Of a stretch of DNA of 64,000 bases, positions 16,489 through 24,453 are shown in pieces. The DNA is taken from positions 194,358 to 258,357 of the IMG/VR virus record IMGVR_UViG_3300023083_000001. One strand, 5' to 3'. Each line of letters begins with the position of its first letter. Within the stretch, counting starts at the first letter, position 1. Below the pieces are notes generated by a model that was given only the letters and a program-made list of their open reading frames with translations, was not told the origin of the DNA and did not search any database. The position numbers and the translations under genes are program-made.

Positions 16489-17632
16489 CGCCATCACCAA
16501 AGTAATCCTGGGGGAGTTTCTATTTTCCCCCAGAGTTGCAGGTGAGATCAGGATCTCCAACATCAGTGACGTCCATCTTGGTCATGGACGTGTACCGACG
16601 GCAAAGATCCTTGATTGGTGGGAGCAGGTCTATACCCCAAAGATGCTCGATTGCCTGGACGTCATTATTGTCTCAGGTGATTTGTTTGACCGCCGTCTAC
16701 CCCATGACGGTGATGATGCAAAACTGATTGCCCGCTGGGCAGGTCGTTTCCTAAGACGTCTGGTCAAACACGGTGTAGCCCTCAGGATCCTGGAAGGCAC
16801 ACCAAGCCACGACAACCGTCAGTCCAGATGGTTAGTCGACTACAACGAAATGATGCACCTGGCAGCCGATGTCAAGTTCTACGAGTGCATCACAATCGAT
16901 GAACTGATCCCTGGTGGTCCGTCCGTCCTTTATATACCGGACGAAGTCAACCACGATGCCAACCAGACCTGGATCGAAGTCCAGGAGTACATGCGTGAGC
17001 ATGACTACAAGACCGTCGACTTTGCCGTGATGCACGGTATGTTCACGTTTCAGGAACCGATCAAGAGTATCGCGAGCCACTTGGAAGATCGGTATGAATC
17101 GATTGTGAACCACCGCATCATGATTGGACATCACCACACGCATGTCCAGTCTGGCAAGATTGTCGTCCCAGGATCTACCGAACGTCTAAGACACAATGAG
17201 GAAGAGGATAAAGGACATTACCAGTTCACCTTCTCCAAAGAGCGTGGTTTGTTCGATGAGTATTTTATCATCAACTCCCAAGCTACTGTGTTCACAACGT
17301 TTGATGTCGAAGGCTGGTCGTACAAGAAGGTCCACGATCTGCTCCAGAAACACGATCATCTGCCTAATGGTTCAAACCTGAGGCTTAAGCTTAGTCGTAA
17401 GGACGATGCCTACATCAGCTTTAATAAGTTGAAATCAGATTTCCCTCATTTCAAACTCGAGCACAAAATGGTCGAGCTGGAAGAGCAGGAGAAAGAAGTC
17501 GTAGAACTGATCGACCGCCCGGTCATGACGTCGATCCGTCCTGACACCTTACGTGCATTGCTGGAACCTAAGCTCAGCGGTATATCGGCAGAGATCAGGG
17601 CAGCAGTCGATAAGGCGTTAGAAACCTGTTGA
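16451..17632 (+). CDS. sbcD: SbcD/Mre11-like metallophosphoesterase nuclease
   Basis: Motifs SDVHLG, SGDLFD, GTPSHD, MHG, GHHH, VPGS. Confidence 0.88.
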   Translation: MTAMTKSHPSSTNAITKVILGEFLFSPRVAGEIRISNISDVHLGHGRVPTAKILDWWEQVYTPKMLDCLDVIIVSGDLFDRRLPHDGDDAKLIARWAGRFLRRLVKHGVALRILEGTPSHDNRQSRWLVDYNEMMHLAADVKFYECITIDELIPGGPSVLYIPDEVNHDANQTWIEVQEYMREHDYKTVDFAVMHGMFTFQEPIKSIASHLEDRYESIVNHRIMIGHHHTHVQSGKIVVPGSTERLRHNEEEDKGHYQFTFSKERGLFDEYFIINSQATVFTTFDVEGWSYKKVHDLLQKHDHLPNGSNLRLKLSRKDDAYISFNKLKSDFPHFKLEHKMVELEEQEKEVVELIDRPVMTSIRPDTLRALLEPKLSGISAEIRAAVDKALETC

Positions 17633-17650
17633 TCCAAGGAGTGTCTGCTC

Positions 17651-18505
17651 GTGTCTGTTGATTCCATCTCTCGGGATACTCTGGCGGCAAGAGCCGTCGG
17701 ACAATTCCCTATTTCGATTGCTACCAGTCTGGCTATTGAGTCAGCAGTAGGTATTTTACCTGAGGCGCCAACAGACTCTCCTGAAATCAAGAAGCGTCAG
17801 TTGTTGATGGTAAACGTCAGAACGCTGATCCGTAATCTGTACGGGTCGGTAGATAAAGAACAAAAGTCTAAGTTGGAAGAGTACACGATCGCTGAATGTA
17901 TTGCCGGAGAGATGCGGGCTATTGAAGCCATTGTCGCAGAACACTCCGATGGTCGTTGCAGTTGTGTGTTCTACTTCTGCTCCCACTTGGACGCGCCTCG
18001 TCGTTTCATGAAAGCGATCCTCAAGTCTCCCAGCACTGTCGGCCAGCAGATGTATCAAGCATCGGAAGCTGCAATCGTCAAGTACCTGGACACGGAGTTT
18101 GCGTCTACTGCTCCGATCACTCATTACGTGAGTGACTTCCCGGACATCAACCTCAACACGTTGATTATGACGCATTATCCGATCGACCTGCTGCAACGGT
18201 ATAAGTTTGCCTCTCTAATGCTCTTAGAATCACACACAGGCGCTCTCAAGCCGCCTATGATGTGGAATACCAAACTACAGAACGGTAGAGAGCTGGAAAT
18301 TATTCCGTTTGACCGCATGACACTTCAGATGTTTGGTGATGGTGTCTTGTTTACGCCAATGCCAACAAAGATCCGAAAGGTCATGTTGGAGATTGCTGCG
18401 CAGAACATGTGGACACCAGGTACTACTAAGGATCTGGCGATCTACTCGGTTGAGAAACACCACGATCCGGCACTCACGGTCTTGGTGAAAGAGATGTACA
18501 GGTAA
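17651..18505 (+). CDS. Conserved protein, possible degenerate FEN/T4 RNase H-like 5' nuclease fold
   Basis: 284 aa; MVNVRTLIRNL, IMTHYPIDLLQ and QMFGD occur in the order of FEN-family motifs. Confidence 0.5.
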   Translation: MSVDSISRDTLAARAVGQFPISIATSLAIESAVGILPEAPTDSPEIKKRQLLMVNVRTLIRNLYGSVDKEQKSKLEEYTIAECIAGEMRAIEAIVAEHSDGRCSCVFYFCSHLDAPRRFMKAILKSPSTVGQQMYQASEAAIVKYLDTEFASTAPITHYVSDFPDINLNTLIMTHYPIDLLQRYKFASLMLLESHTGALKPPMMWNTKLQNGRELEIIPFDRMTLQMFGDGVLFTPMPTKIRKVMLEIAAQNMWTPGTTKDLAIYSVEKHHDPALTVLVKEMYR

Positions 18506-18564
18506 TAAGTTAAATAACCGGACAATGGAATGTCCACGTAATCCACCCTCAGGTATTAAAGAAA

Positions 18565-19359
18565 ATGGCTGACGACAGAAAACCCCGCAAAGACCCCACA
18601 GCGATTGACGACGGCAAACTCAAGCTGTTCGCCAAGCCGTTGAAAGATGATGGCTCAGCGCGCGCTCCATCCCTGCGGGTGAAGATGATCGAGAACAATC
18701 CATGCATCCACGTGGACCTCGGCATCAAGACTGAAGGGCGCAACGGTAAAGAAGGCTACCCGATCTCGATCGAAACGCCGATGGAACCTCGTTCTTTCAA
18801 CATGTTGATGTGCATCATCATGGACGTAGCGGCCGCCAAAGGCGCCTGCTCGTTGGAAATGGAAAACTGGGGTCACCCATTCCTCTGGAACAAAGATCAG
18901 GGTAAGAACGTCCGTTCTCCTGAGCGCATGATCATTTCCCGCTTCTGCATCTCCAAACGTGACGACGGCATGGTCACCTTCGGCGTTGCTGCTAAAGGCA
19001 AGCAGGACGTAACGTTCGAGTTCACTCCGAACGAATTCCACGCGTTGACTCAGAACGGTCAAGCGGTCGGTGTTTCCATCTCCTCCAAGCTCGCAGCACA
19101 AGCCTGGGCCGGTGTCTGGAAAGATCTGTACGTAACACACTTCGAACGGAACTGGGTAGAACCTGAGTTCATGAAGAAGCGTCGTCTGGAAAACATGCAA
19201 CGCGCTAATGGCGGTGGCAGCGGCTACAACAGCGCACCTGCTGGCGGTGGTCAGCAACAGCGTCCACAGCAACAGAACAATTACCAGCAACAACCTACAG
19301 CGCCTGCTGGCGGCGGTGGCGTACCTGACTTCGACGTAGGGGAAGATATCCCTTTCTGA
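18565..19359 (+). CDS. chmC: ChmC-like nucleic-acid-binding, nuclear-shell-associated protein (phiKZ gp67-like position)
   Basis: Directly upstream of the gp68-like gene; beta-rich core plus G/Q/N-rich disordered tail ending DIPF. Confidence 0.65.
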   Translation: MADDRKPRKDPTAIDDGKLKLFAKPLKDDGSARAPSLRVKMIENNPCIHVDLGIKTEGRNGKEGYPISIETPMEPRSFNMLMCIIMDVAAAKGACSLEMENWGHPFLWNKDQGKNVRSPERMIISRFCISKRDDGMVTFGVAAKGKQDVTFEFTPNEFHALTQNGQAVGVSISSKLAAQAWAGVWKDLYVTHFERNWVEPEFMKKRRLENMQRANGGGSGYNSAPAGGGQQQRPQQQNNYQQQPTAPAGGGGVPDFDVGEDIPF

Positions 19360-19403
19360 TCTGAAGACCATCAAATTAAACTACTGACGGCCTAGAAGCC
19401 TTG

Positions 19404-19446
19404 CCACACAGACACCGAACAGGGTCTGTGTGGTGGGGGTTTATGC
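19404..19446 (+). terminator. Hairpin after chmC with downstream TATG
   Basis: ccacacagac (19404-19413) / gtctgtgtgg (19424-19433). Confidence 0.6.
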
Positions 19447-19472
19447 CGCCTTAGTGTAAATCTTTACAACCA

Positions 19473-19488
19473 TACATCATAACTATGA
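19473..19488 (+). promoter_or_regulatory. Putative early promoter
   Basis: TACATCAT-aact-ATGA; same octamer as at 24412. Confidence 0.45.
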
Positions 19489-19515
19489 ACAGCACCATAT
19501 ATAAGGATCAGTTGG

Positions 19516-21111
19516 ATGAAATTCAGCATCTCCAGTTTCACCAAACGCAGTTTCTCAATGGTTCAGGTCGACCATCCTGGCGAGAATGAACTTATCTTTA
19601 ACGCAGCAGGCTACGCTAACACCAAGCCTGGCGCGGTGGTGGCTGATGCTGATTCAGAATTCGGTCAACGGGTAGAACTGTTTATCGAAGTCAACGAATT
19701 CATTTCACGTATGCCCGAAGCGACACAGTTGGCATTGTACGACTGCTACGCGCGGTTGGAATCTGTCTACTCGAACTACGGCGGCATGGGTTTGACAGTC
19801 AAGCATTCCAGCGACAGTCTGGACAATATGCTGGCTGACATCATTGGCGACATTTCCAAGATCGTAAAGCTTGCAGATCTGCGGGCTTACATCGTAGGTA
19901 ACAAGAATATCAAATTGCCATCTGAGCTTTCAGATGAGTACATCACAAACGACAAGATCACTCCATTGTACATGGAGCGTACCTATCGCAAAAGTGAGTA
20001 CATCGATTTGACGGCCGTGGCAATGATGACACGGTTCCTGATTCCTGTCTGGGGTACTTACTTGCCGATCAGTGGTAAAGAGAACTCGCCAGACATGAAA
20101 GAATACAACGGTTATAAACTGTTGGATAAATCTGAGCTGTACACGTGTCCTGCGCTTCAGCGTCTGGAAACGTACGTGCGGGCTAACCTGGTCGAAGGCG
20201 AGTACGAATTGACAATCGTGTTCAAGTTCTTGTCCAGCGAAGAAGTGCCGATCTACTTGATGGCATTGGCTCTGATCCGTAAACTCTCCATCGCGCCTCT
20301 GTCGGCTGAGTTCGACAAAGACCACTTGATGAAGATCGTGTACAACTACGTCTGCGGTAACAACAACCGCATGCCGGCAGCCTTTGGCTCCAACATCAAA
20401 CCAAAGACCGATAACGAAGGTCTGTCTGACGACAACGGTTCGGTGTGGTGCGTGTACAAGATGAAAGAACAGATCAGCACGGGCGATCTCATGATCGTGC
20501 AGGTCTACATCACCAACTATGTCTTCGCCGGGTTGGACATCGAGCCGACTCTGAAAGAAGAACGAATCAAGCAATGTGTTGAACGCGCCATGAACCTTCA
20601 AGACTTCGACCCTACCCCAGCACAGATTTCCTTGTGTCTGTGGGTGATGTCGACTGTTATTGCAGGTTGTGTGGTGGAGATGTTCGACAGGAAGACCCTG
20701 ATGATATCCATGGGACTGGCTCAAGCCGTACTGTGGGAATGGGGTTATCCACAACTGGCTATCCTGATGACCGCCAATCTGATCCCACTCGAAGAAGGTG
20801 AGTTGTTGCCGCCTATCCCTCGTACCAAGATTAGCCAATCTAATCGGGAACTGTTGGAAGTGATCTACCCGTACAAGTTGCCTGAAAGCAAACGCAGTGA
20901 AGCAGTCGTATCGACCAACCCAGGTATCCGGGGTGTGGAAGAAGTCGCGACTGAACTGTTCCGCAATGAATGGGAACCGCGTTGCCCTAAACCCCTGGCC
21001 GCCAGCTACTATCGTTCCGATGTTAGCCGACGTGTCGAAATCTCTACAGATATTCGTGATCAGATCGCCTCCTTGCTTATCAAGCTTGACGGTCATATTC
21101 GAATCATCTGA
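19516..21111 (+). CDS. Non-virion RNAP promoter-specificity subunit (phiKZ gp68-like)
   Basis: 531 aa; size and position in the chmC-gp68-picA-gp70-RNAP block; YKMKEQISTGD segment. Confidence 0.75.
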   Translation: MKFSISSFTKRSFSMVQVDHPGENELIFNAAGYANTKPGAVVADADSEFGQRVELFIEVNEFISRMPEATQLALYDCYARLESVYSNYGGMGLTVKHSSDSLDNMLADIIGDISKIVKLADLRAYIVGNKNIKLPSELSDEYITNDKITPLYMERTYRKSEYIDLTAVAMMTRFLIPVWGTYLPISGKENSPDMKEYNGYKLLDKSELYTCPALQRLETYVRANLVEGEYELTIVFKFLSSEEVPIYLMALALIRKLSIAPLSAEFDKDHLMKIVYNYVCGNNNRMPAAFGSNIKPKTDNEGLSDDNGSVWCVYKMKEQISTGDLMIVQVYITNYVFAGLDIEPTLKEERIKQCVERAMNLQDFDPTPAQISLCLWVMSTVIAGCVVEMFDRKTLMISMGLAQAVLWEWGYPQLAILMTANLIPLEEGELLPPIPRTKISQSNRELLEVIYPYKLPESKRSEAVVSTNPGIRGVEEVATELFRNEWEPRCPKPLAASYYRSDVSRRVEISTDIRDQIASLLIKLDGHIRII

Positions 21112-21137
21112 TTTAACGCTACCAACAGGAGTTATCA

Positions 21138-22721
21138 ATGGAACTTATCAAACTGTCCTTCGTAGAAGCGGACGGGATGCTCAACCAGGTTATTCGCCCC
21201 TATGACCTGGATCAGCGTGGTTCGGCTATCGACCTCTTCTCCAAAGCCACTGAGAAAGGTTTCAATATCAGCGCTAAACGTTTGGCAGCAGTAGCCGCTC
21301 CACTCATGGGTCCGTCTACTCGTCGCAAGATCGACGCGCATATCTCCAACGGTTGGGATGCACCCCGCATCATGTTCGCAATGGTGATCGCTACCGGCAA
21401 CCGTGCCAACAGCAAAGAGTATCACTACATCGTCGGCCACACTGACGAATCCATGCACACTGTGCGTGGTACCAACGTGCGCTTCGAGAAGCGGATGAAG
21501 TTGTATTTCAACAACATCACCCGTATCCACATGACCGAAGCGACCTACATGACGCGAGATCGTGGTCATCGTTCGTTGTGGCAACCAAAGATCATCACGC
21601 ACGATCAGGTGTTGAACCGTAGCGCGATTGAAGGTTTCAACGGCGGTCGCCGCGAACACCGTAACCGCGCCATGTCTCTTCGTCCAACCGATCTGTTTAC
21701 ACGCCAGGGTGGTGAAACGGCATTCGGTGCGTACTTGACTGATAAAGATGTACCTGTCAAGAACCTGTGTGGCGTCTTCAGCGGTCAGTTGCGTTCTTCC
21801 ACTCGGGAGAATAACAGCTCGACCAACTTCATGCGTCGTAGTCTCAATGCGTTCGTCAGCTCAGCTGCCGATCCGCAGTCGGCATTCATTGACGACAACC
21901 ACGACCATGAAACCATGCAGCGTACGATCGACAGCGTGATCGAGAACAGCATCGATGCCGATCCGTACATCGAACAGATCCGCCGCGATTCCAACATCCT
22001 GGAACAAGGGTACATCACGTTCGGCGAACTGATGGACATGAACCCAGACTTTGACGAAGACTCGCAGCTTCCGTTCATCCCGCTGGACCGTAACAACCGT
22101 AACCGTATCGTGGACAACATCGTTGGCTTCAAATCCGACGAGAACGAATCCATTGCTGCGGCCATGATTGCTCACTCTCTGCCAGGCATCCTGATCAACT
22201 CGATGTATTCATCGGTTGATAACCTGACCATCACTACACGCGCGCGCGTCGGTGAGAACAAGTTGCAGTCAGCGTTTCCACATCCGTTTGTTGAAGGCAT
22301 GTCGATCGCAGCAAGCTGGCCGTACTTCGAAGATCAGATCGAAAACATCTTGATCCAGGAAGTCAGCAAGGGCGGTCAGTTTGAATTCGATGCCCGCATC
22401 GATGCCAACATTGACCAGATGATCAAGATCTGGATCCGCATGGACGGCGCGCCTGAGGCGTACTTCGAGTTCCCTGCGTTCTGCGATTCCCTGCTGTCTC
22501 CGATGTTGGAAGACAACATGAAGTCGTTCGAAGATCTGTCCAAGGGTATCGTGGATCTGGCTGGCGATTTGTCCAGGCAGCGTCTGCGTAGTAGTCCATC
22601 CGCCGTAGTGGAACCGGTCATCTTGACGGCCACTGAATCCATGCGCAATACACGTACCGACGGTATTGACCGTGGTGCAAGTCAACCTCGCGCATCCAGT
22701 CGTACTGACCGGTCCTGGTAA
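21138..22721 (+). CDS. picA: PicA/Imp1 nuclear import protein (phiKZ gp69-like)
   Basis: 527 aa immediately after the gp68-like gene; ISNGW...RIMFAM, RAMSLRPTD and PAFCDSLLSP segments. Confidence 0.72.
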   Translation: MELIKLSFVEADGMLNQVIRPYDLDQRGSAIDLFSKATEKGFNISAKRLAAVAAPLMGPSTRRKIDAHISNGWDAPRIMFAMVIATGNRANSKEYHYIVGHTDESMHTVRGTNVRFEKRMKLYFNNITRIHMTEATYMTRDRGHRSLWQPKIITHDQVLNRSAIEGFNGGRREHRNRAMSLRPTDLFTRQGGETAFGAYLTDKDVPVKNLCGVFSGQLRSSTRENNSSTNFMRRSLNAFVSSAADPQSAFIDDNHDHETMQRTIDSVIENSIDADPYIEQIRRDSNILEQGYITFGELMDMNPDFDEDSQLPFIPLDRNNRNRIVDNIVGFKSDENESIAAAMIAHSLPGILINSMYSSVDNLTITTRARVGENKLQSAFPHPFVEGMSIAASWPYFEDQIENILIQEVSKGGQFEFDARIDANIDQMIKIWIRMDGAPEAYFEFPAFCDSLLSPMLEDNMKSFEDLSKGIVDLAGDLSRQRLRSSPSAVVEPVILTATESMRNTRTDGIDRGASQPRASSRTDRSW

Positions 22722-22759
22722 GGGACCGGCGTTACCTTCTTCAATAACAGGAAATAAGC

Positions 22760-23986
22760 ATGTCAACTAAACTTGAAACACTACTGGACTTCGACACGAA
22801 AGTGTTGGGCGATGTCGGCGTGTTCGATAATGATGGCGGCGGCATGTTGTCTTATACTGGCCGGGATGGCAAGCCTAAGGCAGTGACCATCAGTGGTAAA
22901 CGTCTGGTTCTGCCTACTCAGCAGTTCCTGCGTGACGGCGACTGGGAGAAACGCATTGCGTGGCACCCACTGTCCGAACAGATCAACGAAGGTCCAAGCC
23001 CGGTCCTGAACGCCACCAAGAACTACATCACCGAACGGTTGAAACTGACCTTCCGTGAACTGGCTCTGGCGTTGATGGAACTGGCTGCTGAAGAAAAGCG
23101 CCACAAGGCATTGACCGCCAAAGCTGGTAAGTACCTGGTGACTTTGCCAGGCGCTGATCAGAAAGTAGTCGACACCCTGCGTAAGGTTCTGGACTCGGTC
23201 GGTGATGCGCCTGAGAAACGTTCGATTACCATGTTCCTCAAGAACGGCGGCAAGAACGGTGCTCTGCGTAGCTGCATGGTCAGCTTCCCAATCCTGGATG
23301 AATCTGAAACCGAAGTAGAAGATGGTGCAACCTTCTTCGGCGTGAAGATGCCTCGTAAGACTAAGGACAAGCAATTGATCCTGAGTCTGTTCGAATACAT
23401 CCTGGGCGACAAAGACTATCGCGAGACTTACACGCAGTCGTCTAGCAACAGCGATGCGCCGTACTTGCATTGCCTGCTGCTGTCGTTCCAAGTGTTGGCT
23501 GAGCGTTTCAACAAGCTGATCGAAGTTCACGTTGCGGCTTGTCCACAACTGTCGGGTTTCAAGTTCGGTTTGGGCTGGCTTGAAAACATGAACGACTTCG
23601 ACAACTTCGCAAAAGTCTACGGCGTGGCGGTTCCATCTCTTCCGGGTAACAGCGGCGTTACTGCCTCTGAACCTGAAGACTCCAGCAAAGACGTGTTCGA
23701 AGCCGATGCTGAAGATCTGGGCAAGGTTGCTATTGACCTGCCGTGGGATGAGCGTCCAGGTGACACTGGTCGTCGTGATTCACCGTCTCGCGATCGTCGA
23801 TCGGTAGAGCGTGAACCGGTGCGTCAGGAAGGTGTTCCAACTCGTAGCCTCAAGGACGTGTTGGGCGGCAGCCGTCGTAATGACGAACCAGACCGTGAGA
23901 CTCGCGGTAGCAGCTGGCGCAGCAGCGGTCGTGATGACCGTGGTGGCGGTGGACGTCCAAGCGGCCGTGGTGGTCGTAGCTGGTAA
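22760..23986 (+). CDS. Conserved core protein (phiKZ gp70-like)
   Basis: 408 aa after picA; IAWHPLSE segment; R/G-rich disordered tail. Confidence 0.72.
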   Translation: MSTKLETLLDFDTKVLGDVGVFDNDGGGMLSYTGRDGKPKAVTISGKRLVLPTQQFLRDGDWEKRIAWHPLSEQINEGPSPVLNATKNYITERLKLTFRELALALMELAAEEKRHKALTAKAGKYLVTLPGADQKVVDTLRKVLDSVGDAPEKRSITMFLKNGGKNGALRSCMVSFPILDESETEVEDGATFFGVKMPRKTKDKQLILSLFEYILGDKDYRETYTQSSSNSDAPYLHCLLLSFQVLAERFNKLIEVHVAACPQLSGFKFGLGWLENMNDFDNFAKVYGVAVPSLPGNSGVTASEPEDSSKDVFEADAEDLGKVAIDLPWDERPGDTGRRDSPSRDRRSVEREPVRQEGVPTRSLKDVLGGSRRNDEPDRETRGSSWRSSGRDDRGGGGRPSGRGGRSW

Positions 23987-23989
23987 CGG

Positions 23990-24031
23990 CATACATGGGC
24001 AGGGGTAAAACCCTGCCCATACTTGCTTTTT
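23990..24031. terminator. Terminator between convergent genes
   Basis: CATA, then atgggcaggg-gtaaaa-ccctgcccat, then a T-run. Confidence 0.75.
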
Positions 24032-24041
24032 AATTTGTGGC

Positions 24042-24386
24042 TCAACTAACCGTAAGGCTGGTCCGATAGACTTGTTTCAACCGTGCAACTGTAGATTCAT
24101 CAGGGACGAGAAGACTGTTCAAGTTCTCATCCATGGCGTGTGTATCATTCAACCCGTTAAGTCGCATAACAAGCCGATGGTCTTCGAGCGCAACATTCGA
24201 AGCTAGAAGAAACCCCGTCAGATCAAATCGGTAGAGATAACCCGTCTCTGGCGAGATATAAACGCTTCGTGTGCTGGGGTCATTCTTCAGCAGTATGACC
24301 AACGACTCGATAAAAACATTATATTCATCGGTCATGGTGATGAGGTCCGGCGATTGGATCATGTAGCTATCTAGCTTCGTGGGCAT
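24042..24386 (-). CDS. Small protein, possibly LysM-like T4 gp53/P2 gpX-type baseplate component
   Basis: 114 aa; GGAG SD; YRFDL...VMRLNGLND...LLVPD matches the gp53/gpX pattern. Confidence 0.5.
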   Translation of the reverse strand: MPTKLDSYMIQSPDLITMTDEYNVFIESLVILLKNDPSTRSVYISPETGYLYRFDLTGFLLASNVALEDHRLVMRLNGLNDTHAMDENLNSLLVPDESTVARLKQVYRTSLTVS

Positions 24387-24411
24387 TTCAGTCTCCTAAA
24401 ACCTACAGTCA

Positions 24412-24427
24412 TACATCATTTACCTGA
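24412..24427 (+). promoter_or_regulatory. Putative early promoter
   Basis: TACATCAT-ttac-CTGA with upstream AAAA, ahead of nvRNAP beta. Confidence 0.45.
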
Positions 24428-24453
24428 CCAGCAATAACAACCAGGAGTAGTGA

